A stretch of DNA of 64,000 nt from Dehalococcoidia bacterium (GCA_041494685.1 JBGQBE010000003.1:65641-129640), one strand, 5' to 3'. Positions 30,372 through 40,835 are shown, counted from the stretch's first letter. The notes: a model not told the origin generated them from the sequence alone. Translations and numbers: made by a program.

Positions 30372-31598
30372 TTAGATCAGCACGGGCAGGCGGGAGAAGC
30401 CGCGGAAGCTGGGGATGCTCCTGCGCTCTCGGGGCCCGTTGCCGAGCCGCAGATCCGGGAAGCGCCGGACGAGCGTCCCGATCGCGATCTGCGCCTCCAG
30501 CCGCGCCAGGGGCGCGCCCAGGCAGAAGTGAACGCCGCCGCCGAACGAGTTGTGGTGTGTGTCGGCGCGCGTGATGTCGAGGCGGTGCGGCTCCGGGTAG
30601 ACGCCCGGATCATGGTTCGCGGCCGCGAGGAACGGCGTGATCGACCGGCCCTTGCCGATCGGGCAGCCGCCGATCTCCACGTCGGACAGGGGCACGCGGC
30701 CCGACTGCGTGACGGGCGGGTCGAACCGCAGCATCTCCTCGATCGCGTTCTTGATCAGCGACGGATCCGCCTGCAGCTTGCGGAGCTGCTCCGGGAAGCG
30801 GAGCAGGGCGTGCACGCCGTTGCCGATGAGATCGGTCGTGGTGACGTTGCCCGCCGCGAGCAGCAGCGTGCACATCGAGTTGACTTCCTGGTCGTTGAGC
30901 CGCTCGCCGTTCTCCTCCGCGGCGATGATCGCGCTGACCATGTCGTCCGCCGGGTGGGCGCGGCGGTCGGCGATGACGCGCGCGAAGTACCCGTGCAGCG
31001 CCTCGTTGGCGGCGTCGACCCGCGCGCGCTCCTTCGGCGAGAGCACCGGGTTGAAGCTCATGACACCAGTATCGGACCACTCCTTGAACTTGCCGCGCTC
31101 GGCAGGGTCCACGCCCAGCATCTCGGCGATGACGATCGTCGGAAGCGGAGCGGCAAACACCTCGATCAGGTCGAAGCCCGGACCAGTGGCGACGGCGTCG
31201 AGCAGTTCATCGACGATCTGCTGGATGCGCGGCGCCATCGTCTCGATGGCGCGCGGCGTGAACGCCTTGCTGACGATGGCGCGGAGCCGCGTGTGGTACG
31301 GCGGGTCGGAGAGCAGCATGCTCGGCTCGCCTTCGAAGCCCTCGCGCAGGAACATCGCCTCGAGTGTGCCGGGCAGCGCGTTGCGCGGGTCCACGCTCAT
31401 GCCGCGGTTCTTCAGCACCGCCGCGACGTCGTCGTGTCGGGTAAGGGCGTACCGCCGCAGCACCTGGTCGTAGTGGACGGGCTCGGCGGCGCGCAGCGCG
31501 TCGAACGCCGGTTGCGGATCCTCGCGGAACGCAGGGTCAAGCGCGGTGAGGGCGATGCCCGTGGGGATCTGGGTCGTCTCGTCGTTCGTGGTGGTCAT
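30372..31598 (-). CDS. Cytochrome P450
   Basis: Heme-binding loop FGGGVHFCLGAPLA, plus EXXR and K-helix motifs. Confidence 0.9.
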   Translation of the reverse strand: MTTTNDETTQIPTGIALTALDPAFREDPQPAFDALRAAEPVHYDQVLRRYALTRHDDVAAVLKNRGMSVDPRNALPGTLEAMFLREGFEGEPSMLLSDPPYHTRLRAIVSKAFTPRAIETMAPRIQQIVDELLDAVATGPGFDLIEVFAAPLPTIVIAEMLGVDPAERGKFKEWSDTGVMSFNPVLSPKERARVDAANEALHGYFARVIADRRAHPADDMVSAIIAAEENGERLNDQEVNSMCTLLLAAGNVTTTDLIGNGVHALLRFPEQLRKLQADPSLIKNAIEEMLRFDPPVTQSGRVPLSDVEIGGCPIGKGRSITPFLAAANHDPGVYPEPHRLDITRADTHHNSFGGGVHFCLGAPLARLEAQIAIGTLVRRFPDLRLGNGPRERRSIPSFRGFSRLPVLI

Positions 31599-31688
31599 CT
31601 GTGGCCCCCTGCGTGCATGCCGCCTGTTGGCAGCAAGCGTATCAGCTTCGCGCGTGGGCGGCAGCGGCGGCGAGGACGCGGTCGCGGG

Positions 31689-32708
31689 TCAGGGGCACGG
31701 GGACGGCTGGGCGAACGCCCAGTCCATCAGCCGTTCGGCGTCGGTGTAGCGGTTCTGGCTGCGCATCAATGAGACGATGATCCGGCGCCCGTCGTGCGTG
31801 GCTGAGGCGACGATCGTCTGCTGTGACTGCTCGGTGTAGCCGATCTTTACGCCGTCCGCTCCGTCGTAGTCGGTGATGAAGCGGTTGCCGTTCCACACCG
31901 GTGGGCCATCCCACTTCGGCTGCCACGACTTGGCGGAGACGATCTGCCGCAGCGTGGGGTTCTGCATGACGTAGCGGGCCAGCATCGCCATGTCGTACGC
32001 GCTGGAGTAGAGGTCGTTCTCGTAGAGCCCGTGCGGGTTGGTGAAATGCGAGTCGGCCAGTGCCAGCGACTGCGCCTTCTCGTTCATCATCTCCACGAAC
32101 TTCTCCTGCGTACCGCCGACGCCTTCCGCGATGGCGATCGCCGCATCGTTGCCGGACGGCAGGAGCAGTCCGTAGAGGAGGTCGAGAAGCGAGAGCTGCA
32201 TGCCGGGCTTGAGGCCCATAATCGTCGAGCCGGTGTCGTCGTAGAGTTTCGCGCCGTCCACGTTGGACGTGATCAGCGTGTCGAAGCTGGCGTGGTCCGA
32301 GGCGACCGCGGCGGTCATCAGCTTGGTCAGGCTGGCCGGCGGCATGCGCAGGTGCTCATTGCGGCCGTAGATCTGGGCGCCGCACGCGCTTTCGACGATC
32401 GAGATGGAGTAGGCGCTGACGTATGGGAAGCCGGCGGGAAGCGTCGGTTGGGGCGTGGGGATGATCGACTCGGGGTTCGCCGGGCGGGGCTCCTGGACAG
32501 CGGCGGCGGTGCAGGGGCCGACGCAGCCGCTCGAAGCGAGCCGGCTGTCGTAGGCCGCACCGGACGCCCAGCCCGCTGTCAGCGCAAGCGCCACCAGCGC
32601 GAGCCCGATGACTGCCGCACCCACCCCGCCACGGGTTGCGCGGTTCAATTCTCCCATTCCGGGCGAGTATACCCGCCACGATCGGGCGTGACTACCCCTC
32701 TCGATCAC
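31689..32708 (-). CDS. D-alanyl-D-alanine carboxypeptidase (S11, PBP5-like)
   Basis: SxxK (ASLTKLM), SGN and KTG-like motifs; N-terminal TM anchor. Confidence 0.8.
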   Translation of the reverse strand: MIERGSHARSWRVYSPGMGELNRATRGGVGAAVIGLALVALALTAGWASGAAYDSRLASSGCVGPCTAAAVQEPRPANPESIIPTPQPTLPAGFPYVSAYSISIVESACGAQIYGRNEHLRMPPASLTKLMTAAVASDHASFDTLITSNVDGAKLYDDTGSTIMGLKPGMQLSLLDLLYGLLLPSGNDAAIAIAEGVGGTQEKFVEMMNEKAQSLALADSHFTNPHGLYENDLYSSAYDMAMLARYVMQNPTLRQIVSAKSWQPKWDGPPVWNGNRFITDYDGADGVKIGYTEQSQQTIVASATHDGRRIIVSLMRSQNRYTDAERLMDWAFAQPSPCP

Positions 32709-33001
32709 GAATGTGATCAGATCTTTCGATACGATCGGGCTTGTGCGATCGGCGCCGTCGATCCCGCCGCCGGGCAGTGGGTTTGACAGGCGGATTGACA
32801 GCTTGAATTCGGCCGATCTATCGTGAAGCGCGCCACCGACCGAAGAGCGGCGGGGAGCGCGATGCCGAGGGGTTTGCCGACCACCAGGCTGCTTGGATCC
32901 GGACAGGACCGAGACGGCACATACGCGAGACCAGCGCGTCTCTCCGTGCCTCCTCGGCTGCTGCCGGCGAGGCGTTTTTCATGCGCCGGGAGGGACGGGG
33001 T

Positions 33002-33382
33002 TTGCGCACCGTACTGAAGAGCAAGATCCACCGCGCGCGGGTGACGCAGGCGGACCTGCATTACGAGGGGAGCATCACCATCGATCCGGATCTGATGGAT
33101 GCGGCAGACGTGCTGCCGTTCGAGCAGGTGCACGTGCTGGACGTGGACAACGGATCGCGGCTGACGACCTACGCCATCGAGGGCGCGCGCGGCAGCGGGC
33201 AGATCTGCATCAACGGCGCGGCCGCGCGGCTGGTCAGCCCGGGCGACACGGTGATCATCCTCACCTACAAGACCGCGACGGACGACGAGGCGCGCGTGCT
33301 GGAGCCGCGGCTCATCTATGTCGACGAGTTTAACCACATCGCACGCATCGGAAACCACATCGACCCGGCGCCCGTAGTCTGA
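33002..33382 (+). CDS. panD: Aspartate 1-decarboxylase
   Basis: (M)[14 protein letters not shown] ... pyruvoyl-forming GS(IT) site. The canonical N-terminus begins at TTG 33002, preceded by GGGAGGG. The listed ORF begins at ATG 32981, 7 codons upstream. Confidence 0.85.
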   Translation: MRTVLKSKIHRARVTQADLHYEGSITIDPDLMDAADVLPFEQVHVLDVDNGSRLTTYAIEGARGSGQICINGAAARLVSPGDTVIILTYKTATDDEARVLEPRLIYVDEFNHIARIGNHIDPAPVV

Positions 33383-33405
33383 CCGCGCACACGGAGGGAT
33401 CAGCG

Positions 33406-34287
33406 ATGGCACGCATCACGACAGCCGACATCCGCGAGATGAAGAAGCGCGGCCAGAAGATCGTCATGATGACGGCGTACGACTACCCGTCGGCGCGGCT
33501 GGTCGAAGAGGGCGGCGCGGACATGATCCTCGTCGGCGACACGCTGGGCATGGTCGTGCTGGGCTACGACTCCACCGTGCCGGTGACGATGGACGACATG
33601 ATCCACCACACCAAGGCGGTGGCGCGCGGCTCGCAGCGGGCGATGGTCGTGGGCGACATGCCGTTCATGAGCTATCAGACCGGCTGGCAGGACGCGATGC
33701 AGAACGCGGCGCGCTTCATGAAGGAAGCTGGCTGCGGCGCGGTCAAGCTGGAGGGCGGGGTGCGCTCGGCCGAAGTGGTGCAGAAGCTGGTCGAAGCGGG
33801 CATCCCGGTCGTCGGGCACATCGGCCTGACGCCGCAGTCGGTCAACCAGATCGGCGGCTTCAAGGTGCAGGGCAAGACGCCCGCCGCCGCCGTGCAACTG
33901 ATGCACGACGCGCAGGCGCTGGAGCAGGCGGGCGCGTTCGCCATCGTGCTGGAGACGATCCCGGCGCCGCTGGCGGAGCTGCTGACGCAGCGGCTCAGCG
34001 TGCCGACGATCGGCATCGGCGCGGGCGTGCACTGCGACGGCCAGGTGCAGGTGTTCCACGACTTGGTCGGCCTCTACGACGCGTTTACCCCTAAGCACGC
34101 CAGGCGCTACGCCGAAGCAGGCGTACTGATCCGCGAGGCGGTAGCGCAGTACGCCGCAGACGTGCGCGCGGGCGTGTTCCCGACGGAGCACGAGAGCTTC
34201 AAGATGGACCCGGCGGCACTGGCGGAGCTGCGGCCCGCCGGCGGCGAGGCGATGCGCCGCCGCCACGCGGCCGGCCTGGACGCCTGA
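33406..34287 (+). CDS. panB: 3-methyl-2-oxobutanoate hydroxymethyltransferase
   Basis: [10 protein letters not shown] ... GDTLGMV ... characteristic of PanB. Confidence 0.9.
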   Translation: MARITTADIREMKKRGQKIVMMTAYDYPSARLVEEGGADMILVGDTLGMVVLGYDSTVPVTMDDMIHHTKAVARGSQRAMVVGDMPFMSYQTGWQDAMQNAARFMKEAGCGAVKLEGGVRSAEVVQKLVEAGIPVVGHIGLTPQSVNQIGGFKVQGKTPAAAVQLMHDAQALEQAGAFAIVLETIPAPLAELLTQRLSVPTIGIGAGVHCDGQVQVFHDLVGLYDAFTPKHARRYAEAGVLIREAVAQYAADVRAGVFPTEHESFKMDPAALAELRPAGGEAMRRRHAAGLDA

Positions 34288-34293
34288 CTCGCG

Positions 34294-35130
34294 TTGCAGG
34301 TCATCCGGACGATACGCGAGTTTCGTGCTTGGCATGGCGCGGCCGCCGGCACGCTGGGCGTCGTGCCGACGATGGGCTACCTGCATGACGGGCACGTCTC
34401 GCTGGTGCGCGCGTCGAAGCGCGACAACGTCCGCACGGCCGTCACCATCTTCGTGAACCCCACGCAGTTCGCCCCGGCCGAGGACCTCTCGCGCTATCCG
34501 CGCGATGAGGCGCGCGACCTTGCGCTGCTGGAGGCGGAAGGCGTGGACGTCGTCTTCGCGCCGCTGGTGGAGGAGATGTACCCCGACGGCTTCAGCACGT
34601 ACGTGTCCGTCGAGGGGCTGACGGCACGCCTGGAGGGCGCGAGCCGGCCGAGCCACTTCCGCGGCGTGACGACGGTCGTGCTCAAGCTGCTATCGATTAC
34701 GCAGCCGGAGCGGGCGTACTTCGGACAGAAGGACGCGCAGCAGCTCGCCGTCGTGCGGCGCATGGCGCTCGACCTGGACGTGCCGGTCGAGATCGTCGGC
34801 CTGCCGATCGTGCGGGAGCCGGACGGGCTGGCGATGAGCACCCGCAACGTCTATCTGTCGCCGGAGCAGCGCGCGGCCGCGCTCGTGCTCTCGCGCGCGC
34901 TCAGGCTGGCGCAGGGGCTGTTCGCCGCCGGGGAGCGCGATGCACACGCCCTGCGGGCGCGGATGCGCGCGCTCATCGAGGCAGAGCCGCTGGCGGCGAT
35001 CGACTACGTGAGCGTGGCCGACTCGGCGACGCTGGAGGAGCTGGAGCGCATCGCGCGGCCGGCGCTTGCCTCGCTGGCGGTGCGGTTCGGCGCGACGCGG
35101 CTCATCGACAACGTGACGCTGACGCCGTAG
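34294..35130 (+). CDS. panC: Pantoate--beta-alanine ligase
   Basis: VPTMGYLHDGH HIGH-motif. Confidence 0.9.
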   Translation: MQVIRTIREFRAWHGAAAGTLGVVPTMGYLHDGHVSLVRASKRDNVRTAVTIFVNPTQFAPAEDLSRYPRDEARDLALLEAEGVDVVFAPLVEEMYPDGFSTYVSVEGLTARLEGASRPSHFRGVTTVVLKLLSITQPERAYFGQKDAQQLAVVRRMALDLDVPVEIVGLPIVREPDGLAMSTRNVYLSPEQRAAALVLSRALRLAQGLFAAGERDAHALRARMRALIEAEPLAAIDYVSVADSATLEELERIARPALASLAVRFGATRLIDNVTLTP

Positions 35131-35243
35131 CGGGCCGAAGCCGATCTGGAGGCCGCGTCAGGCGGCCTGATACAATGCCGTCGGCTGCCGGGATCGCGCC
35201 GCGCGGCCGCCCGGAATTCACATAAAGGGAGCACACATCTCAC

Positions 35244-35993
35244 ATGTCAGGCCACTCAAAATGGTCCACGATCAAGCGCCAGAAGGGCGTCGCTGACGCC
35301 CAGCGCGGCCAGCTCTTCACCAAGCTCTCGAAAGAGATCATCATCTCCGCGAAGCAGGGCGGGGCGGACGTGAACTCGAACTTCCGCCTGCGCATGGCGA
35401 TCCAGAAGGCGCGCGAGAACAATATGCCCGCCGACAACATCCAGCGGGCGATCGCCCGCGCGACGGGCGGCGGAGACGGCGTCGAGCTGGCCGAGATCAC
35501 GTACGAGGGCTACGGGCCGGCCGGGACCGCGGTCATGATCGAGGTGGCGACGGACAACCGCAACCGCACGGTGGCGGAGATCCGCAACGTCTTCACGCGC
35601 GCGGGCGGCGGTCTCGGCGAGACCGGCTCCGTGGCGTGGAACTTCGAGTCGCGCGGCGTCATCAGCGTCGTGCCGAACGGGAAGGACCCGGACGAGGTGG
35701 CGCTGCACGCCATCGATGCCGGCGCCGAGGACGTGCAGGTGGGCAGCGACAGCATCGATGTCTACACCCAGCCCTCCGACCTGGAGAAGGTGAAGAAGGC
35801 ACTGGAAGAGAACGGCGTGAAGGTCGAATCGGCGGAGAACGAGCGGGTCGCCAAGACGACGGTGCAACTGGACGAGAAGAGCGCGATCCAGACGCTGCGT
35901 CTCGTGGAGAAGCTGGAGGCGCTCGACGACGTCCAGAAGGTCTACTTCAACGCCGAGTTCAGCGACGACGTGTTCGCGGCGTACACGAGCTGA
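35244..35993 (+). CDS. yebC: YebC/PmpR-family transcriptional regulator
   Basis: MSGHSKWSTIKRQKG N-terminus is diagnostic. Confidence 0.9.
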   Translation: MSGHSKWSTIKRQKGVADAQRGQLFTKLSKEIIISAKQGGADVNSNFRLRMAIQKARENNMPADNIQRAIARATGGGDGVELAEITYEGYGPAGTAVMIEVATDNRNRTVAEIRNVFTRAGGGLGETGSVAWNFESRGVISVVPNGKDPDEVALHAIDAGAEDVQVGSDSIDVYTQPSDLEKVKKALEENGVKVESAENERVAKTTVQLDEKSAIQTLRLVEKLEALDDVQKVYFNAEFSDDVFAAYTS

Positions 35994-35994
35994 C

Positions 35995-36522
35995 GTGGCC
36001 TCCACCCGCGGAGACGCCCCCACGCTTATCCTTGGCATCGACCCCGGCACGCGCGTGACCGGCTGGGGCGTCGTGAGCATCAACGGCTCCGAGCCGCGCG
36101 CGGTCGCCTGCGACGTGATCTCGCCGCCCGCGAAGTGGCCGATTGAGACGCGCCTGGCGCACATCTTCGACGCGCTGCGCGACATCATCGCGCGGTACCA
36201 GCCGGCGGCCGTTGCGATCGAAGAGCCATTCGTCGGTACCAACGTCCGGTCGGCGATGGCCGTCGGCGAGGCGCGCACCGTGGCGATGCTGGCCGCGACG
36301 CTGGCGGGCGTGCCCGTGCGTCACTATGCGCCGGCGCACATCAAGCGGATGGTGGCGGGATACGGGCAGGGCGAGAAGACGCAGGTGCGCGAGATGCTGC
36401 GCCTGCAGCTCGGCATGGCGGAGGCGCCGGACGACCTGAACGCCAGCGATGCGCTCGCGGTCGCGCTGTGCCACGCGATGCAGCACCGCGCCGATGCCCT
36501 GATGGGCGCCGCGAAGCCGTAA
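35995..36522 (+). CDS. ruvC: Crossover junction endodeoxyribonuclease RuvC
   Basis: ILGIDPGTRVTGWGV with catalytic Asp/Glu pattern. ruvA and ruvB do not follow. Confidence 0.85.
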   Translation: MASTRGDAPTLILGIDPGTRVTGWGVVSINGSEPRAVACDVISPPAKWPIETRLAHIFDALRDIIARYQPAAVAIEEPFVGTNVRSAMAVGEARTVAMLAATLAGVPVRHYAPAHIKRMVAGYGQGEKTQVREMLRLQLGMAEAPDDLNASDALAVALCHAMQHRADALMGAAKP

Positions 36523-36548
36523 CCCGGAGAGCACCATCAGGAGGGGCC

Positions 36549-37190
36549 GTGGACATCGCGATCCTGCTGTTCGACCGGTTCACCGCGCTCGACGCCGTCG
36601 GGCCGTACGAGGTGCTGTCGCGGCTTCCGGGCGCGAAGGTGACGTTCGTCGCGGCGGAACCCGGCCCGATCCGCACCGACACGCGCTCGCTCGCGATCAC
36701 GGCTGACGCGGCGCTGGGCGACCTGCCGCAGCCCGAGATCGTCGTCGTGCCGGGCGGTCCCGGTGACGGCGGTGCGCGGGCGGACGAGCGCGTGGTCGCG
36801 TGGGTGCGGGCGGCGCACGAGACCTCGACTTGGACGACGTCCGTGTGTACGGGATCGTTGATCCTGGGCGCGGCGGGCGTGCTGGCCGGGAAGCGCGCGA
36901 CCAGCCACTGGCTCGCCCTGGGTCAACTTCCCGGATTCGGCGCGGAACCGACGGAGGAGCGGGTAGTCATCGACGGTAAGGTCGTGACGGCCGCCGGGGT
37001 GTCGTCGGGCATCGATATGGCGCTGACGCTCGCCGGCATCATCGCGGGCGAGCAGGTCGCCCGGATCATCCAGCTAGGCATCGAGTACGACCCGCAGCCG
37101 CCGTTCGACTCCGGCTCGCCCCTGAAGGCGCCCGCCAGCGCGGTCGAGTTCCTGCGCTCCCGCAGCCGCTTCGTGCTCGAAGGGCCGTAG
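36549..37190 (+). CDS. DJ-1/PfpI (ThiJ) family protein
   Basis: GTG start after CAGGAGG. Nucleophile-elbow Cys in SVCTGS. Confidence 0.75.
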   Translation: MDIAILLFDRFTALDAVGPYEVLSRLPGAKVTFVAAEPGPIRTDTRSLAITADAALGDLPQPEIVVVPGGPGDGGARADERVVAWVRAAHETSTWTTSVCTGSLILGAAGVLAGKRATSHWLALGQLPGFGAEPTEERVVIDGKVVTAAGVSSGIDMALTLAGIIAGEQVARIIQLGIEYDPQPPFDSGSPLKAPASAVEFLRSRSRFVLEGP

Positions 37191-37389
37191 CAGGGCCTCA
37201 TCTCCGGAAGGCCGCTCCCGGCTGCCTCGCCCCGTCCCAGGCCCGGGTCTCGCCGCCCGCGCTTCGGGCCATGTTCCCCTTGCCCCGAATCTGTCCCGAA
37301 TCTCATGCTTGACAGTGGTAACGCTCCCGAACTTGACACGTTCTAGTACGAGAACGGCCGACGGGAAGGCCAACCAAGAAACGGAACAG

Positions 37390-37896
37390 ATGACTCTCAA
37401 CCCCACCACCTACTCGACCCGCCCGGTCTCGCTGCTGATGCTCGCCGCGTTCGCAGGCTTCGCGCTCTGGCTCTTCGCCCCGTGGGGCGGCGGCGCCGGT
37501 ACGGGCAGCGGAGACGGCGGAAGCGCCAGCGCCGCGCTGCCCTCCTCGCTGAAGGTGGACGGCGCCGTCCAGGTCGAAAGCCACGATAACGTCGTGACGC
37601 GGCTCATCGTGCCGCTGGCCGTCCGCGGCGAACAGGGCATCGCCCTCTCCGGCCAGGACAGCCGCATCCAGGCGGAGACCGCGATGAGCGACACGGCTTC
37701 CGCATCGGTGCCGGCGACGTTCAGCGTGCGATTCATCGACGGGAACGGCGACCAGGTGCTGGATCCGGGCGAGCACGCAGTGCTGACGGTGGACCTGCCG
37801 TCGAAGTCCAGCGTGCACCCCGACAATCCGCTGAGCCTGGTCATCTATCCGGCGAACGGTGGCCGCCTGACGATCGAGGACGTGCTGCGCCGGTAA
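37390..37896 (+). CDS. Hypothetical membrane-anchored protein with Gly-rich spacer
   Basis: One N-terminal TM helix, a G/S/A-rich linker and a ~110-aa beta-rich domain. No known motif. Confidence 0.4.
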   Translation: MTLNPTTYSTRPVSLLMLAAFAGFALWLFAPWGGGAGTGSGDGGSASAALPSSLKVDGAVQVESHDNVVTRLIVPLAVRGEQGIALSGQDSRIQAETAMSDTASASVPATFSVRFIDGNGDQVLDPGEHAVLTVDLPSKSSVHPDNPLSLVIYPANGGRLTIEDVLRR

Positions 37897-38029
37897 GGCG
37901 AGCCAGAAACCGGCGCGGGCTGGAGGCCGAGGTCAGGGCTTCAGCGGAGCGGCCGATACCTGTACAGACGCAGAAGGATCAGGGCACGGGGGAGCGCCCT
38001 GGTTTTTCGTCATGTCCGGCGATCCGCGC

Positions 38030-38596
38030 TCAGGCGCGGCCCGTGTGACGCAGGTACATCAGCAGCGCGGCGATGCTCTTGGCGTCGCGGATCTCGCCCG
38101 CGTCGACCTTCCGCAGCGCATCGTCGAGCGTCACCCGCTCCAGCAGCAGCTCCTCGTCTTCGTCGGCCTCCAGCGCGTCCTCGACGAGATCCGTCGCTGC
38201 GTAGATGTACTGGTATTCCTCGGAGTAGCCGGGCGCGAGGTACATGGCGCCGATGCGGATGATCGTACCGCGGTAGCCCGTCTCCTCGCGCAATTCGCGC
38301 TGCGCCGCGTCTTCGGGCGACGCATCGTGCTTGTCCATGCCGCCGGCCGGCAGTTCGAGCAACCAGGCACGGGTCGGGTGGCGGTACTGCCGCACCATCA
38401 GCAGGCGGCCGTCCGCGTCGACCGGCACGAGCACCACCGCCTTGTCGTACTCGACGATCTCGCGCGTGTACGGTGCGCCTTTCGGGGCGCGCAGCGTATC
38501 GACGCGCACGCCGATGAGCTTGCCGTCGAAGACGCGCTTGGTCGCGATGACGTCGGGGATGGGCATATCGTGTGGCGTGTCAGTTCCCAGCGACAA
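38030..38596 (-). CDS. NUDIX hydrolase (ADP-ribose pyrophosphatase-like)
   Basis: Nudix box GGMDKHDASPEDAAQRELREETGY. Confidence 0.85.
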   Translation of the reverse strand: MSLGTDTPHDMPIPDVIATKRVFDGKLIGVRVDTLRAPKGAPYTREIVEYDKAVVLVPVDADGRLLMVRQYRHPTRAWLLELPAGGMDKHDASPEDAAQRELREETGYRGTIIRIGAMYLAPGYSEEYQYIYAATDLVEDALEADEDEELLLERVTLDDALRKVDAGEIRDAKSIAALLMYLRHTGRA

Positions 38597-38620
38597 TCTG
38601 CAGACTCCAGTTTCCAGGCT

Positions 38621-39094
38621 CTAGCCGACGGTCTTCACCATGGCGATCTCGTTGCAGCCGGGGAACTTCGGGCAGCGGTAGCACTCGCCCCAGACCTTGC
38701 GTGGCAGCGTCATCACGTCGGCCTGCGTGAAGCCGAGCTTTTCGAAGAAGCCGGGGCGGTAGGTCAGCGCGAACACGGTGCTGAGCCCGATCTGCCGAGC
38801 TTCGTCCATGCACGCTTCGACGATGCGCTGGCCGAGCCGCTGGCCCTGCAGATCCTCGCGCACCGCGAGCGCCTTGATCTCCGCGAGGTCCTCCCAGAGG
38901 ATGTGCAGCCCGCCGCAGGCCACAACCTGACCGGCCGCGTCGCGCGCGACGTAGTAGTCGCGCAGGTTCTCGTAGACCTCGGTCATCGTACGAGGCAGCA
39001 TCTCGCCGCGGCGCGCGAAGGTGTTGACGAGGTCGTGGATCGCCTGCGCGTCAGCGATGGACGCGCGCGCAAGGTCGAAGGTGGAAGCGGTCAT
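38621..39094 (-). CDS. GNAT-family N-acetyltransferase (ArgA-like short form)
   Basis: Acetyl-CoA-binding motif A: Q/RxxGxG/A (QGQRLGQ). Confidence 0.75.
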   Translation of the reverse strand: MTASTFDLARASIADAQAIHDLVNTFARRGEMLPRTMTEVYENLRDYYVARDAAGQVVACGGLHILWEDLAEIKALAVREDLQGQRLGQRIVEACMDEARQIGLSTVFALTYRPGFFEKLGFTQADVMTLPRKVWGECYRCPKFPGCNEIAMVKTVG

Positions 39095-39193
39095 CGTGTC
39101 TGCGTCCCTCTCGCCGCCTCCCCGGGAAACGGCGAGGCGGGCTCACCGCCCGCCTGTCTCAATGTACCCATTGATCGCAACAGCCGCGAGCGG

Positions 39194-40045
39194 TCACTCG
39201 TTGAGCCAGTTGAGCCGCCGCCCGACACGGAGGAAGAAGTCGCCGGGCGGCCCCAGACGCAGGAAACGGGCCACGTGCCCGCTGGTACGCACACGGACGA
39301 TGTCGCCGCCGGCCAGGTCGAGGTCCGGCTCGCCGTCCACGCTGAGGATCGCGGCCTGGCGCGGCGAGATCTGCACCTCCACCAGCGAGCCGGCGGCCAG
39401 CACGATGCTGTTGGCGGGCGCCAGGTGCGGCGCCACCGGCGTGACGAGGATCTCCCGCGATTCCGGGTGCAGGATCGGGCCGCCGACGCTGAGCGAGTAC
39501 GCGGTGCTGCCGGTCGCAGTGGCGACGATCACGCCGTCGGCGCGGTAGCTGCCGATCAGGGTGTCGTCCGTGCGGACGGTGAACTGCACCGTGCGGCCGA
39601 TGGCGGCGCGGCCGACGACGACGTCGTTGAGCGCGTGGAAGTGCTCGCGCAGCTCTTCGCCGCCGCGGATCGTCTCCGTCTCGATCATCGTGCGCGTCTC
39701 GATACGCCCGGCGCCGGCGAGGATCTGGTCGAGCCGCTCGAACAGCTCCGGCGGCGTGATCTCGGTAAGGAAGCCGACGCGCCCGAGGTTCACGCCCAGC
39801 AGGGCGACCGCGTGGGGGATGACGGCGCGCGCCGCCCGCAGCACCGTGCCGTCGCCGCCGCAGCAGATCAGCAGGTCCGTGCCCGCGATCTGCGACGCGC
39901 CGTCGTCCCAAGCAGGCGCCAGCCACGCATCGACGCCCTTGGCGGCGACCCGGCGCGCGGCTTCCTCGGCGACGCCGCGCGCCGCTTCGGACTTGGGGTG
40001 GTAGGTGATGCCGACCTTGTTCACGCTCGTAGCCTCGGTGCGCAA
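39194..40045 (-). CDS. nadK: NAD(+) kinase
   Basis: GGDGT motif (CCGGDGTVLRAAR) and NE/D short motif. Confidence 0.85.
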   Translation of the reverse strand: MRTEATSVNKVGITYHPKSEAARGVAEEAARRVAAKGVDAWLAPAWDDGASQIAGTDLLICCGGDGTVLRAARAVIPHAVALLGVNLGRVGFLTEITPPELFERLDQILAGAGRIETRTMIETETIRGGEELREHFHALNDVVVGRAAIGRTVQFTVRTDDTLIGSYRADGVIVATATGSTAYSLSVGGPILHPESREILVTPVAPHLAPANSIVLAAGSLVEVQISPRQAAILSVDGEPDLDLAGGDIVRVRTSGHVARFLRLGPPGDFFLRVGRRLNWLNE

Positions 40046-40082
40046 ACGATAGCACGGCGGCGAACGCCGCCGCGAGCGGGCG

Positions 40083-40835
40083 TCAGGCGTTGTCGAGCCG
40101 GAGCCAGAGGAAGAACTCGCGGTTGCCGGCGGGGCCGAGCAGCGGCGACGTGGCGACGCCGCGCACGCGCAGCCCGTGGTTGACGCACCACCACGCCACC
40201 CGCCCGATCACCGTGGCGTGGACCAGCGGGTCGTGCACGACGCCGCGGCGGCTCACCTCGGCGCGCTCCGCCTCGAACTGCGGCTTCACCAGCGCGACGA
40301 TATCGGCGCCGGGGCGGAGCAGCGCGATCACGGCGGGCAGCACCTTTGTGAGCGAGATGAACGACGCGTCGATCGTGGCGATGGCGGGCCGCTCAGGCAG
40401 CGACGCCAGGTCGCGGATGTTCTGCCGCTCCATGACGACGACGCGTGGGTCGCCGCGCAGCCGCTGGTCGAGCTGGCCGTAGCCGACATCGACCGCGTAG
40501 ACGCGCGCCGCGCCGCGCTGCAGCATGCAGTCGGTGAAGCCGCCGGTGGACGCGCCGGCGTCGAGCGCGACGAGGCCCGCCATGTCGATGCCGAAGTGGT
40601 CCAGCGCGTGGTCCAGCTTGTCGCCGCCGCGGCTGACGAAGCGAGGCGGCGCGGCGATCGCCAGCGCGGCTTCCGGCGTGACCATGGCGCTGGCGCGCGT
40701 CTCCGCAGCACCGTCCACCGTGACGTCGCCGGCCAGGATCAGCGCGCGGGCCTTCTCGCGCGAGGCGGCGAGGCCGCGCTCGACGAGCGCGAGGTCGAGG
40801 CGCTGGCGGCCGGCGGTACGGGCGGCTCTGGGCAT
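40083..40835 (-). CDS. tlyA: TlyA-family 16S/23S rRNA (cytidine-2'-O)-methyltransferase
   Basis: S4-like N-terminus RLDLALVERGL and FtsJ-like SAM site LDAGASTGGFTD. Start placed at the internal Met (40835). Confidence 0.8.
   Translation of the reverse strand: MPRAARTAGRQRLDLALVERGLAASREKARALILAGDVTVDGAAETRASAMVTPEAALAIAAPPRFVSRGGDKLDHALDHFGIDMAGLVALDAGASTGGFTDCMLQRGAARVYAVDVGYGQLDQRLRGDPRVVVMERQNIRDLASLPERPAIATIDASFISLTKVLPAVIALLRPGADIVALVKPQFEAERAEVSRRGVVHDPLVHATVIGRVAWWCVNHGLRVRGVATSPLLGPAGNREFFLWLRLDNA

Noticed and set aside
35153-35169. GGCCGC-gtcag-GCGGCC hairpin after panC as an intrinsic terminator
   Set aside because: The stem is only 6 bp and is not followed by a U-tract. It may still pause transcription but is not callable as a terminator with confidence.
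38012-40183. 723-aa plus-strand ORF spanning the nudix, GNAT and nadK region
   Set aside because: Arg/Ala/Gly-rich run-on typical of 70% GC DNA. It overlaps three conserved genes on the opposite strand and carries no motifs.
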